The translations under genes were made by a program, and so were the position numbers. Below, piece by piece: positions 9,253 to 19,300 of a stretch of 56,809 bases of DNA. The notes beneath the pieces were generated by a model. The model was not told the origin of the DNA. It saw only the letters and a list, made by a program, of their open reading frames with translations, and did not search any database. The stretch's first letter is position 1. Every line of letters begins with the position of its first letter. The stretch comes from a candidate division WOR-3 bacterium (lineage in GTDB: Bacteria; Hydrothermota; Tepidihabitantia; Tepidihabitantales; Tepidihabitantaceae). The stretch lies in the NCBI GenBank assembly GCA_965648935.1, contig CBFGIY010000004.1:1-56809 (forward strand), in the 5' to 3' direction.

Positions 9253-9621
9253 ATGCCGAGGGTCAAGAACGGACCGTACACTAAGCAGCGCCGGCGCAAG
9301 TGGCTGAGCGCAGCCAAGGGCTACTGGGGGGGCAAGTCCAAGCAGTACAAGGCCGCCCGGCAGCAGGTGATGAAGGCGCTGATGAGCTCCTACAAGGAGC
9401 GGCGTCGCAAGAAGCGCGTGTTCCGCTCGCTGATGATCACCCGCATCAACGCGGCCTTGGAGCAGCATGACATGAGTTACAGCACTTTCATCCACGGGCT
9501 CAAGGTCGCCGGTGTTGCGCTCGATCGCAGCGCCCTGTCGGAGATGGCCCACGCCGCGCCGGACGATTTCGGAAGGCTTGTTGAAGCGGCCCGTGCGGCA
9601 CTGGCCGAGCCCGCCGCCTGA
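9253..9621 (+). CDS. rplT: 50S ribosomal protein L20
   Basis: MPRVKNGPYTKQRRRKWLSAAKGYWGGKSKQYKAARQQVMKAL... Confidence 0.95.
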   Translation: MPRVKNGPYTKQRRRKWLSAAKGYWGGKSKQYKAARQQVMKALMSSYKERRRKKRVFRSLMITRINAALEQHDMSYSTFIHGLKVAGVALDRSALSEMAHAAPDDFGRLVEAARAALAEPAA

Positions 9622-9640
9622 TTCAGGGCCGGATATAGCA

Positions 9641-9672
9641 GAACCCGCCGCTGTTGCGGCGGGTTCTCTACT
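9641..9672 (+). terminator. intrinsic terminator-like hairpin after rplT
   Basis: An 11-bp stem gaacccgccgc / gcggcgggttc with loop tgtt, then tctact. It lies between rplT and the convergent tRNA. Confidence 0.55.
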
Positions 9673-9680
9673 TGAGCAAG

Positions 9681-9754
9681 TCGGGGCGACCCGATTTGAA
9701 CGGGCGACCCCCAGCACCCCAAGCTGGTGCGCTAGCCAACTGCGCCACGCCCCG
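9681..9754 (-). tRNA. tRNA-Pro (anticodon GGG)
   Basis: The reverse complement folds as a 74-nt cloverleaf. Acceptor stem CGGGGCG/CGCCCCG, D arm GCGC-AGTTGGCTA-GCGC, anticodon arm CCAGC-TTGGGGT-GCTGG (GGG, with G37), T arm GCCCG-TTCAAAT-CGGGT, discriminator A. CCA is not encoded. Confidence 0.92.
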
Positions 9755-9765
9755 TTGCTGATGCA

Positions 9766-9793
9766 ATGCTATTTGCGGCCGGTGCGAAGTCAA
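9766..9793 (-). promoter_or_regulatory. promoter of tRNA-Pro
   Basis: On the minus strand: TTGACT (9793-9788), N16, TAGCAT (9771-9766), then 11 nt to the mature tRNA 5' end at 9754. Confidence 0.5.
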
Positions 9794-9804
9794 GCCGGCA
9801 CCGC

Positions 9805-10230
9805 TCACTCGAGGGGGAGTGCTTCGACGAACGCGGCGCAGAGACGCGTTGCCGGAAGCGAGTACACCAGCTGCACCTGCCAGCCGGCGATCTCGATCGG
9901 GACCGGGTTGTACGCGAAGTAGCGCAGTATCAGGCGCCGGTTGGTCGAGTCGTAACCGGCATACATGAAGTGGAACTCGAGCGGAACATCGGCTTCGAAC
10001 CGCTCGCGTACCAGAGTGCGGAGCAGGCCCTCGTGGCGCTCGACATCGGCGCGCAGGCGTCGGACCGGGCGGTAGGCACGGTGGCCGGGGTTGATCATCA
10101 CGAATGCGGGCTCATAGCGTCCAGTTCCGACTTTGGACGGGGCGACGCGCGAAAGACGCGCAACCTGTGACTGAAGCGCGCAGCCGGCAAGGGTGGCGAG
10201 CAGCAGGCAGCCCAGACTTCTGAACTTCAC
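9805..10230 (-). CDS. small hypothetical lipoprotein
   Basis: The ORF is trimmed to GTG 10230, giving (M)KFRSLGCLLLATLAGC with a lipobox LAGC. I recognise no family. Confidence 0.5.
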   Translation of the reverse strand: MKFRSLGCLLLATLAGCALQSQVARLSRVAPSKVGTGRYEPAFVMINPGHRAYRPVRRLRADVERHEGLLRTLVRERFEADVPLEFHFMYAGYDSTNRRLILRYFAYNPVPIEIAGWQVQLVYSLPATRLCAAFVEALPLE

Positions 10231-10235
10231 ATGGT

Positions 10236-10263
10236 ATGGTAATGAGGGCCGCCGTTGCGTCAA
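10236..10263 (-). promoter_or_regulatory. promoter of the small lipoprotein gene, start codon 5 nt after the -10
   Basis: On the minus strand: TTGACG (10263-10258), N16, TACCAT (10241-10236), 5 nt, then GTG 10230. Confidence 0.4.
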
Positions 10264-10304
10264 CGGCCGGGCCGTTTGCTTGTGACCCTGCCCGGCTCGA
10301 AGTA

Positions 10305-10332
10305 TTGACATGGCCGAAGCTGGCGTTAGATT
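10305..10332 (+). promoter_or_regulatory. promoter of the cold-shock gene (leadered)
   Basis: TTGACA (10305-10310), N16, TAGATT (10327-10332). The leader is about 45 nt with a small hairpin ggcgt...acgcc, and AAAGGGG precedes ATG 10382. Confidence 0.55.
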
Positions 10333-10381
10333 GGACCATGGCGTGGTGTTTGACGCCGTTGCGCCTAGAAAGGGGTTGATT

Positions 10382-10603
10382 ATGCCTCTGACCGGCAAGG
10401 TCAAGTGGTTTGATGGCAAGAAAGGCTACGGATTCATCGAGCCGAGCGATGGCGGACGAGATGTCTTCGTGCACTTTGGTGACATCGTCGGGGACGGCTA
10501 CCGGTCGCTGGAAACCGGCGACCGGGTCCAGTACGAGGCCACCGAGACTCCGCGCGGCCCCAACGCCGCGCAGGGTCGCAAGCTGGAGGGGCCGGCCGCC
10601 TAG
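10382..10603 (+). CDS. cspA: cold-shock protein (CspA family, CSD)
   Basis: [32 protein letters not shown] carries RNP1 KGYGFI and RNP2 VFVHF. The start is trimmed to ATG 10382. Confidence 0.92.
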   Translation: MPLTGKVKWFDGKKGYGFIEPSDGGRDVFVHFGDIVGDGYRSLETGDRVQYEATETPRGPNAAQGRKLEGPAA

Positions 10604-10611
10604 CGCTGTCG

Positions 10612-10639
10612 TTGACAGCCTGCGCGCACGGCCTACCCT
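10612..10639 (+). promoter_or_regulatory. promoter of the folK operon, start codon 7 nt after the -10
   Basis: TTGACA (10612-10617), N16, TACCCT (10634-10639), 7 nt, then ATG 10647. There is no SD. Confidence 0.5.
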
Positions 10640-10646
10640 TTGTCTG

Positions 10647-11123
10647 ATGCCGACGGCGTATCTCGGAATCGGGTCGAATTTGGGCGACCGCCTGGCGAAC
10701 GTCAGTCATGCCGTCGAGCAGCTGGCGCAATTCGGCCGAGTCCGACAGTCGCCTTGGTACGAGACCAGCCCGGCGGACATGTCCTCCGGGCGTGAGTTCG
10801 TGAACGGTGTGGTGGAGTTCGATTCCGCTCTCGCTCCCTTCGAGTTGCTTGAACTGGCCCAGGCTGTGGAGCGAGACCTGGGAAGGCTGCCGCGAGCAGA
10901 CCTCAGCCGGCCGATTGACATCGACATTCTGTTTTTCGGCGCAGTCGTTCTGAGCATCGGCACGCTGGCGATTCCGCATCCCGGCGTGGCGATGCGGCCG
11001 TTCGTTCTCGTGCCGCTGGTTCAGCTTGCGCCCGGACTGCGCCATCCCGTCTTCGGTCTGACGGTGTCGGAAATGCTGGAACGCGTCGGAAACACGGGAG
11101 TCCGGTCGCGCATCGCACAGTGA
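10647..11123 (+). CDS. folK: 2-amino-4-hydroxy-6-hydroxymethyldihydropteridine diphosphokinase (HPPK)
   Basis: AYLGIGSNLGDR...SPWYETSP...RPIDIDILFFG...IPHPGVAMRPFVLVPL. The upstream part of the track ORF (from 10410) overlaps cspA and is discarded. Confidence 0.9.
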   Translation: MPTAYLGIGSNLGDRLANVSHAVEQLAQFGRVRQSPWYETSPADMSSGREFVNGVVEFDSALAPFELLELAQAVERDLGRLPRADLSRPIDIDILFFGAVVLSIGTLAIPHPGVAMRPFVLVPLVQLAPGLRHPVFGLTVSEMLERVGNTGVRSRIAQ

Positions 11124-11755
11124 AGTACATCGCGGTCGAGGGTCCCATCGGGGTTGGGAAGACTTCGCTGGCGAGGCTGCTGGCCAAGGAACTTGATGCT
11201 CGACTCGTGCTGGAGGCAGCCGAAGAGAACCCGTTCCTTGAGAAGTTCTACCTCGATATCCGGGGCTATGCGTTCCAGACGCAGGTGTTCTTTCTCCTCG
11301 CACGGCACAAGCAGCAGCGGGATATCGCTCAGCCCGAGCTTTTCAAATCGGTCGTTGTCAGCGACTACGTCTTTGACAAGGACCGGGTTTTTGCCTGTCT
11401 GAACCTGACCGAGCACGAGTTGATGCTCTACGACCGCATCTACGCGACCCTGGTCAAGGAAGTGCCTAAGCCCGACCTGGTCGTCTACCTGCAGGCGAGG
11501 ACAGAGGTACTCCTGGCCCGCATCCGTCAGCGGGCAAGGCCGTTCGAGTCGGCGATCGATCCGGAGTATCTCGACAGTCTGGCAAACGCTTACAACAGGT
11601 TCTTTCTGCACTACGACGCAGCGCCTCTGCTGATTGTCAATACCGAGCGGCTTGACTTCGTGAGCAGTCGCGACGACTTCGAGGACCTGTTGCGAACCAT
11701 ACAGGCGACCTCGAAGGGCAGGCGCTTCTACTCACCCAGAGGAAAGACCCGCTGA
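11120..11755 (+). CDS. deoxynucleoside kinase family protein
   Basis: KYIAVEGPIGVGKTSLARLLAKEL (P-loop), ENPFLEKFY and YAFQTQVFFLLAR are dNK/dGK-family motifs. GTG start with a GTGA overlap onto folK. Confidence 0.85.
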   Translation: MKYIAVEGPIGVGKTSLARLLAKELDARLVLEAAEENPFLEKFYLDIRGYAFQTQVFFLLARHKQQRDIAQPELFKSVVVSDYVFDKDRVFACLNLTEHELMLYDRIYATLVKEVPKPDLVVYLQARTEVLLARIRQRARPFESAIDPEYLDSLANAYNRFFLHYDAAPLLIVNTERLDFVSSRDDFEDLLRTIQATSKGRRFYSPRGKTR

Positions 11756-11756
11756 G

Positions 11757-12587
11757 ATGTACGGTCCCGGCAATCCCGATAAGATGACCACACGCAGGAT
11801 CGTCGCCAAGAAGCGGCGCGGTGAGAAGATAGTCTGCCTTACGGCGTACGACTACTCGCTGGCCCGCTTGCTCGATACCGCGGGAGTCGACCTTGTGCTC
11901 GTCGGCGATTCGCTGGCGAATGTCGTCTACGGTCATCCGACAACACTGAGTGTGGGAATCGAGGAGATGGTCTTTCACACCCGAGCGGTTGCCGCCGGGC
12001 TGCAGCGCGCTCTCCTGGTTGTTGATATGCCCTTCCTGTCTTACCAGGTTTCGGTCGAGCAGACGGTCGAGAATGCCGGTCGGTTGCTCAAGGCCGGGGC
12101 AGAGGCGGTGAAGCTTGAAGGCGCAGGTCCGGTTCTGCCGGCAGTTGTGCGTCTTGTCGAGTTAGGGATACCGGTGATGGGACACGTCGGCCTGATGCCG
12201 CAATCGGTCCACCGACTGGGCGGGTACCGCCTGCAAGGGCGCACTGCCGAGGAGCGCCGCCGCCTCGTCGACGAAGCGGTCCAGCTTGAACGCGCCGGGT
12301 GTTTCGCGGTCGTCGTCGAGAAGGTTCCCGCCGAGTGCGCGGCCGAGATCACCGCAGCCGTCGGGATACCGGTGATCGGCATCGGCGCAGGGGGCGCCTG
12401 TGATGGGCAGGTGCTGGTGACGAATGACATGCTCGGCCTGTCGGAGCACGCGCCGTTCCGGTTTGTCAGACAGTACGCCCGGCTCTGGGAGGTGGCCAGG
12501 GGCGCGATTGCCGAATACTGCGATGATGTTCGTGCGGGCCGCTTCCCCGACGACGAGCACAGCTTTCATATCGATGAAACTGGTTAG
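11757..12587 (+). CDS. panB: 3-methyl-2-oxobutanoate hydroxymethyltransferase
   Basis: IVCLTAYDYSLARLLDTAGVDLVLVGDSLANVVYGH...VVDMPF...AVKLEG. Confidence 0.93.
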   Translation: MYGPGNPDKMTTRRIVAKKRRGEKIVCLTAYDYSLARLLDTAGVDLVLVGDSLANVVYGHPTTLSVGIEEMVFHTRAVAAGLQRALLVVDMPFLSYQVSVEQTVENAGRLLKAGAEAVKLEGAGPVLPAVVRLVELGIPVMGHVGLMPQSVHRLGGYRLQGRTAEERRRLVDEAVQLERAGCFAVVVEKVPAECAAEITAAVGIPVIGIGAGGACDGQVLVTNDMLGLSEHAPFRFVRQYARLWEVARGAIAEYCDDVRAGRFPDDEHSFHIDETG

Positions 12588-13443
12588 GTCGATTCGTGCG
12601 ATGCGGCGACTTGCCGAGAGAATGCGTCAGACCGGCACGGTTGGTCTTGTCCCGACCATGGGCGCGCTCCACGAGGGGCACGCCGAGCTGATCAGGCGGT
12701 GCCGGCGTGCGGTTGACGGAGTTGTGGTATCGCTTTTCGTGAATCCGATACAGTTCGGTCCGAACGAGGACTTTGACCGCTATCCGCGCGATCTGGCGGC
12801 GGACCGTTCGCTGCTTGTGAAGCTCGGGACGGATGTGCTGTTCGCCCCGACGCGCGAGGAAATGTACCCGGACGGCTTCGCGACCAGCGTCGAAGTGCGT
12901 GGGCTCGCCGATCATCTCTGCGGCGCTTCCAGGCCGGGTCATTTCAGCGGAGTGGCCACCGTTGTGGTCAAGCTTCTCAACATTGTGCGTCCTGATGTCG
13001 CGGTGTTCGGCAAGAAGGACTTTCAGCAGCTTGCCGTCATAAGGCGGATGGTGGCTGACCTGGAATTCGATGTGAGGATTATCGGCGTTCCTGTCGTTCG
13101 CGACCGCGAAGGGTTGGCTTTGAGTTCGAGGAATGCTTACCTGACGCCGTCCCAGCGGCGTGCGGCGCCGGCTGTTCATCGTGCGCTGGTCGAGGCAAGA
13201 CGGGCTGTTCAACTGGGTGAACGGCGGGTCGCGCGAATCCGGCGGCTTGTCGTTGACCGCATAGAGAAGGCCGGCGGCCAGGTTGACTACGTGGAAGTCG
13301 TTGAGCCTCGACGGCTCGAGCCGGTCCGTCGCCTGGACGGCACCGCTGTCCTCGTTGTGGCCGCATTCTACGGCCAGACAAGGCTGATTGACAATATGGT
13401 GTTGCAGATTTCACCGGGGACGGGCCGGACGCTGTGTTCGTGA
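12574..13443 (+). CDS. panC: pantoate--beta-alanine ligase
   Basis: VGLVPTMGALHEGHAELIRR...VVSLFVNPIQFGPNEDF..YPR. The start is trimmed to ATG 12574, leaving a 14-nt overlap with panB. Confidence 0.92.
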   Translation: MKLVRSIRAMRRLAERMRQTGTVGLVPTMGALHEGHAELIRRCRRAVDGVVVSLFVNPIQFGPNEDFDRYPRDLAADRSLLVKLGTDVLFAPTREEMYPDGFATSVEVRGLADHLCGASRPGHFSGVATVVVKLLNIVRPDVAVFGKKDFQQLAVIRRMVADLEFDVRIIGVPVVRDREGLALSSRNAYLTPSQRRAAPAVHRALVEARRAVQLGERRVARIRRLVVDRIEKAGGQVDYVEVVEPRRLEPVRRLDGTAVLVVAAFYGQTRLIDNMVLQISPGTGRTLCS

Positions 13444-13476
13444 GTGCCAGTCATCGGTACTGAGTAAGGAGGCTGA

Positions 13477-14571
13477 ATGCGTTTCGAGATCGACCGCGGT
13501 GTCCTTCTAGAAGTCCTGGGTACGGTTGTGAGCTGCGTGCCGGCCAAATCGGCGTATCCGGTTCTTGCGAACATCATGCTGGAAGTCAGCGGCGGCGTGC
13601 TGACCCTCAGCAGCACCGACCTGGACATCTACGTGACGAAGAGGGTGCCGCTCTCCGGTTCTGTCGAGGATGGCCGCATCACGGCCCCGGGCAAGAAGCT
13701 CCTCGAGATGGTACGCGAGAGTGCCGAGGGGACGGTTACGATCGTCGGCAGCGACCAGCGTGTCAAGGTGGCGGCGGGCGGTGTCAGAGCGATGTTCTCC
13801 GTTGTTGACCCGGCCGAGTATCCGGAGATGGCTACGGTACCAGAGGGCGTCAAGACCGAGGTGCCGCTCTCGACGCTGCTTGCGATGTATGACACCGTCG
13901 GCTTCGCCGCGTCCAAGGACGAGAGCCGGCCGGTTATGAGCGCCCTGAACTGGGAGGTCGGCAAGAACGAGACGCGCCTTGTCGCCACCGACGGTCATCG
14001 TCTGGCGCTGACAACTCACAAGGGCAAGTTCGCCGGTCGCGTCAAGGCGATAATTCCCCCCAAGGTCTTCGGCCTTTTTCCGCGCGGCGAGAGCGTTGCC
14101 ACGGTTACGTCTGACCCGGCCAAGACCGGTTTCGTTTTTCAGGATATGATTGTTGTGGTGCGCGCGATCGAGGGCCCCTATCCCGACTACGAAAAGGTCA
14201 TCCCCAAGGGGTCTCCGGGCAGCGCCACGCTCGATCGCGACGTGCTGGCGGCGGCCGTTCGCAGGGCCGGGGTCCTCGCCCACCCGATCGGCCGGACGAT
14301 CGCGTTGAACTTCGCCAAGTCGCAGCTGGCGATTCACGCGGAAACGCCCGACCTCGGATCGAGCGACGAGGAACTCGAGTGCCGGTACAGCTGGGAACCC
14401 CTCCGGATAGGGTTCAATGCGACTTATGTTCTTGATGTGCTGAAGCGGCTGCCACCGGGCGATGTCACCGTCGAGCTGTCCAGCTCGCTTGCGCCTGCGC
14501 TGTTCCGCTCGAGCACGGCCCGGCCGGACGTGGATGACACTTTCCTTTTGATGCCGATAAGGCTGGACTAG
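13477..14571 (+). CDS. dnaN: DNA polymerase III beta sliding clamp
   Basis: 364 aa. MRFEIDRGVLLEVLGTVVSCVPAKSAYPVLANIMLEV...LTLSSTDLDI, a three-domain length, with TAAGGAGG before the ATG. Confidence 0.9.
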   Translation: MRFEIDRGVLLEVLGTVVSCVPAKSAYPVLANIMLEVSGGVLTLSSTDLDIYVTKRVPLSGSVEDGRITAPGKKLLEMVRESAEGTVTIVGSDQRVKVAAGGVRAMFSVVDPAEYPEMATVPEGVKTEVPLSTLLAMYDTVGFAASKDESRPVMSALNWEVGKNETRLVATDGHRLALTTHKGKFAGRVKAIIPPKVFGLFPRGESVATVTSDPAKTGFVFQDMIVVVRAIEGPYPDYEKVIPKGSPGSATLDRDVLAAAVRRAGVLAHPIGRTIALNFAKSQLAIHAETPDLGSSDEELECRYSWEPLRIGFNATYVLDVLKRLPPGDVTVELSSSLAPALFRSSTARPDVDDTFLLMPIRLD

Positions 14572-14576
14572 CCGAC

Positions 14577-15410
14577 ATGCTACCCCGTGGCTTGCTAGCG
14601 CTGACGCTGCTTGTCATCACGGTAGCCTGCGAGCGAGTGCCGCCTGCGGCCAGCCCGAACTACAGCGAGCCGATCGTCTTCGCCTACCTCTACCGGATCG
14701 AGTACATCGACCGTACGGTCGAGTACGACAGGGACGTTCAGGTGCTCGACAGCCGCGGCCTGCGCAGAGTGCCGGTAGTTCAGATCAACGGCGAGGAACT
14801 CAAGCCTTACTCCTACCGTCCGACCGAGTACCGCTACGGAGACGGCAAGCCCTTTCCCGTTGTGCGGCGCTATGACCTGAACGTGAGCCACTTCTGGGGC
14901 GAGGCCTTCTCGCGCGTAGTAATGCCGGGCAACTTCGCGATTTCCACCCCGCCCCGGCGTTTCATACTGGCGCGCGATTCGGCTCTGCGCCTGGCATGGC
15001 AACCGTCCGAGGGTGCCCAGTGGTACTGGGTCGAGCTGTTCCTTGACTACGAGTACAACGATTCGTTCGGCAGCTGGGATGACTATCAGTTCTCGCTTGA
15101 CACGCTGGTGACAACCACCAGCCTTGACATCGAGCCAGAGCGCATGTTCCCGGGTTTCGTGGCCGAGTTGCTTGAGGGCGACGGGTCGGTGATGGTGTGG
15201 GCAGGCAGCGGCCCAGCTGTCGAGCCCGGTGATGTCGGCAACGTGAGGGGCGCGGGGTTCGGTTTCTTCACTGCGATAAACGAGCCTGCCGAGCGCTATT
15301 TCTACGTCGGGGCACCACCGGCGTCGAGGCGAGTCCCTTCGCCAGGCAAGGACAGGGGAGTCGCGCGTCTGCATCGTCTGGCCGCCCGGGCTGCGGCGGC
15401 GCATGAGTAG
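14577..15410 (+). CDS. hypothetical lipoprotein
   Basis: Signal peptide and lipobox LLALTLLVITVAC. I recognise no family. It starts 6 nt after the dnaN stop. Confidence 0.5.
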   Translation: MLPRGLLALTLLVITVACERVPPAASPNYSEPIVFAYLYRIEYIDRTVEYDRDVQVLDSRGLRRVPVVQINGEELKPYSYRPTEYRYGDGKPFPVVRRYDLNVSHFWGEAFSRVVMPGNFAISTPPRRFILARDSALRLAWQPSEGAQWYWVELFLDYEYNDSFGSWDDYQFSLDTLVTTTSLDIEPERMFPGFVAELLEGDGSVMVWAGSGPAVEPGDVGNVRGAGFGFFTAINEPAERYFYVGAPPASRRVPSPGKDRGVARLHRLAARAAAAHE

Positions 15411-16248
15411 CGGCGGCGTGTCAACAGGGCGGACGGATAACCGGCGGTTGGCGGTCCTTTTTGCCGGTCTGATCTTCGTCGCCTGCCGGCACGCGGTCAG
15501 CCCAGCCGGCGAAACGCCGGTCCGGCTCGTCGTTCCCGCCGAGGTACTGACTCTTGCGACACCGGCCGCTGCCGTCGCGTCAGACATCGGTAGAGTCGCC
15601 GTGATCGAACTTGACGGGTCGCGCATTGTTGCTTTCGATGCCGCCTTCCGACCGGTCGACACGCTCATCCTCAGCCCGAAGCTGGCGGGCGTGCGCGGCC
15701 TGCTGGCGGATCGGTTTTACTACTACATCGCCGATGACAGTCGCGTTTGGCGGCTCGGGCGTGCCGATGGCCGGCTGGAAACCTGGCTGACGAACGTTCA
15801 GGTCGTCGGAATGGCAGGCTACGCGCCCGGCGAGATACTGCTGGCCGATGCTCAGCGGCGTTCAATCTGGCACAAGGCGATGTTCATGCAGAGCCGGCGA
15901 CTGGTCGACCCGTCGGGGATCAGAGACCCGGGGGCGATCGCGGCGCTGATTGATGGCAGTTTCGTCGTTCTGTCCGGGGGCGATGCCGTGGTCAGAATCG
16001 ACCGTTCCGGCGTCACCGTTGCACAGTCGGCGCGACCGGCAGGCACCGACCTTGTGGGAGCCGACGCTGCCGGCAGGATATACCTCATGCGTCGAGGCGG
16101 CCCCGCTCTCTGGCGCTTGGATGATGCCGGCATTGCGCAGTACGAGCTGGTCCAGGCGGGTTCGCCGGACGGCTTCGCAGTGACCGACTCGGGACTTGTG
16201 GTTCTGGACAGGTCCAGCCGCCTCATTCTCTACCGACTCGGCTTCTAG
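15403..16248 (+). CDS. hypothetical lipoprotein, possibly beta-propeller-like
   Basis: AVLFAGLIFVAC lipobox. Short strand-turn segments recur (DxxGRIYL, VVLDRSSRLILY). 8-nt overlap with the upstream gene. Confidence 0.45.
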   Translation: MSSGGVSTGRTDNRRLAVLFAGLIFVACRHAVSPAGETPVRLVVPAEVLTLATPAAAVASDIGRVAVIELDGSRIVAFDAAFRPVDTLILSPKLAGVRGLLADRFYYYIADDSRVWRLGRADGRLETWLTNVQVVGMAGYAPGEILLADAQRRSIWHKAMFMQSRRLVDPSGIRDPGAIAALIDGSFVVLSGGDAVVRIDRSGVTVAQSARPAGTDLVGADAAGRIYLMRRGGPALWRLDDAGIAQYELVQAGSPDGFAVTDSGLVVLDRSSRLILYRLGF

Positions 16249-16305
16249 ACGAGATCAGCTCACTCGGTTCGTCCGTCATTTCGTTCCCTGAACGGGTCTG
16301 TTGAA

Positions 16306-19300
16306 TTGACCAGATCAGCCGAGCAGCGTGCTTCGCGGTGGGCGGTGCGGATGGCCATCCTGACCCTGGTGCTGGCATCCGCGGTCGGGTACGGAGAGCA
16401 GTCAGACGGGCGCGCAGTGCAGTATTTCGTTGTCGAGGGTTGGCCATCGGTGGTCGCTTTCAGACCGGCAGCGATGCTGGTCGGCTCAGAGTCACTATGG
16501 GTCAACGAGTCCTTGCTCAAGCCAGATGATTACGTGATCGACGCGGTTGCCGGGCTGGTCTGGTTGAAGGCGGCAGGCCCCGGTTCCAACAGCGTCCGCC
16601 TGACCTACCGCACGGCCGGTTCGGCACAGGGGGCAGGCGTCAGGGTCGTCAGTCTCGACCGTGTCGAAGCGGGTGCTGGAAGTGAAGCACCGCGGCCGGG
16701 CACCCAACCGCTTGCCAATGCCGATCAGGGGATCGATGTGTCCGGTGACAAGCGCATAGCGGTAACCGTGGGTGGCGGCCGGAGCGGCATCAGCCAGATC
16801 ACCAACGTTTCAGCGCGAGGGGTAGTCGACGGGTGGCTTATCCGGGCCGAGCTCAGCGATCAAGGCTTGCCTCTGTCGGCGGATGGGACTACCCGCGAAC
16901 TGCAGGAGCTGGAACGCGTCGCGATCGATGTGGCCGGGCACGGATGGCGCGGTCAGTTCGGCGACGCGCGACTGGCCCTGCCGGGTAGCGCCTTCGGCCG
17001 GATTGAGCGCAGCCTCATCGGCGGCTCGGTCTTCCGTGATTCTGGGGCAGTCCTCATGTCGGTAGGCTTCGGCACACCACGCGGAGAGTATGGTGAGGTC
17101 GTCGTCATGCCGGTCGAAGGAGTGCAGGGGCCTTATCGCCTCACTGCGCGCGGGTCTGCGATTCGCATAGTGCCCGGCTCGGAACAGGTCCTGCTGGAAG
17201 GCCGCCAGCTTGTCAGGGGATGGGATGCGGACTACGTCATCGACTATGAAACCGCCGAACTGGTCTTTACGAATCGCCGCAGATTGACGGCGCGCAGCCG
17301 CACCGAAGTCCGGTTTCAGTATGCGACAGACGCCTATCGCCGGGAGGCTTTCTCGGCGACCGTTGCTTCGAACCTGGGCGCCGTGACGGTTGGCGCCGGG
17401 GTCCTGCGTGAGGGGGACGACCCGAAGCGCAGTGTGCTTGAGGCGTTCAACGATGAGGAGCTTGCCGAGCTGGCGAAGGTGGCCGGCGACTCCGGGGTCG
17501 CCTGGTTGGATGGCGCCGAGCAGGTTCAGCCGGGCGACGGTGACTACGTACTCGAAGAAGGTGTGTATCGCTTCGTCGGAGCCGGCAGAGGCAACTACCG
17601 GGTCAGATTCACTCTGGTCGGCGATTCGCTGGGACGCTATCGATACGATGACACGTTGTTCGCGTACCGCTATGTAGGCAGCGGGTCAGGCGAGTTCGAG
17701 CCAGCAGTCCGGGTGCTCTTGCCTGCCCGCAATGAAGCTGCACAGGCCAGCATCACGTATCGCCTTGGCCCTGCGATTGGCCGGGCAGAAGCCGTCGGGC
17801 TGCGCCACAGCACAAACCTGTTCGCACCGGGCAGTTCGGCGAGGGTCGATGGCGGACTGGCGCTGGGCGTCGATATCGGCGACTCGAGCCTGGGTTGCGG
17901 TTACACCCGGCGAATGCGTTCGGGCAGGTTCGAGCTTCCGGGCGCTGAGGCGGAGTCTGATATGGCTTTCCGGTGGGGAACTGCTGGCCGTTCTCCACTG
18001 CTGAGTCAAGATGGCCTGGCGGCTCACTGGCGTCCTCTTCCAAACGTATCCGGACTCCTGCGAATCGGGCGAGGGCAGACTCGGGCGGGTGATGTGTTGT
18101 CGCTGCTGGAGGGACTGGCCAGCATCGGCTTCGTCGAGGCCTGGCTGTTGAGGAACGCGGTGGCAACGCGGTGGCGGCTGACCGCCAGACCGGAGCTGGG
18201 CGCGGTGCAGCCGCTGGCTGAAGTCGTGGTATCCGATTCCAGCGTCACGCGCCGCGTCGAGCCTGGGTTCGGCATTGCGGTCCGGCCGTTGTCCGGCTCC
18301 AGGTTCGAAGTGAACTACCGGCTTGATTGGTTCGGGCCTGCAGGATCGAGCCTGTTGCCGACGGCCGCAGTCGAAAGGCACTGGATCGATGCGGCAGGGG
18401 AGCTGGAGAGAGGCCACTGGCGCGCCGGCGTCTTCGGGACCCTGGCTCTGCCAGCGCCTGCCGGGTCGACAGGCAATTCGGCCCGGTTGAGTGGCACGGC
18501 CAGCGCCGCGTGGTTCCCTGCCGGCGGGCTGCGCGTGCAGGCGGAGGTGGCGCAGTCTCACCGACTCCAGCCGCGTTTCGATGAGCTCTTCCGCTTTGTC
18601 GGTCCAGGGCGCGGTGAGTACGAGCGTGATACGGCGAGTGGCCGTTACTATCCCGTGGCCGGCGGCAGCTACAAGCGTCTGCTCGTGCGTTCGGGTGAGG
18701 AAGCCACCGGGCTGGAGCGCGTCGTGTCCGGCTCGGGAGAGTTTTCGAGGCTCAGGCCGATTGTCGTGACGGCATCGCTTAACAGCAGTCGAGTTTCTGC
18801 CGCGACCGCAGACGGCTTTTCTCAGACCGGTGCCAACGTGCGATTGCGCACAAGTCAGGGGTTGGCACGGCTCTGGCCCGAGGGCGGCTTGGACATTCAG
18901 ACGCGACGTGACCCCAGTCTGCCGGCGACAGGGCAGGCAAGGTCCGAGCGGCGCGTCTACGCAGGGGCAGGATGGGGTGCCAGCGCGCGGCTGTTCATTC
19001 AGTCACGAGTCGAGCTGTACAGACGTGATGGAGGCGGCAGCGGCGCGGCCGTGAAACAGGAGGGCCTGGTGCTGGAAGTCAAGCCGGACCTGGACAGAGT
19101 GGGCGACGGTCTGGCAGGGATGGACTGGCGACGGGTCGCAACCGCGGGCAGCGATTCCGCCCGCCTTGTCGCCATGCAGATCGGTGTGGGACGCGGTTTG
19201 ACCCTGCCTTGGCGTGCGCGGGTTCGCGGTGATGCCGGTGTAGTGTATCGCACCGCTGATGGGCCGCTGCCCCCAGAGGTCGGTGTCACCGAGCCCCTGG

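Noticed and set aside
9640-10300. tRNA-Pro as a possible integration hotspot or genomic island border
   Set aside because: There is no integrase, no direct repeat of the tRNA 3' end, and no compositional shift. The flanking genes are a small lipoprotein and cspA, each with a native-style promoter.
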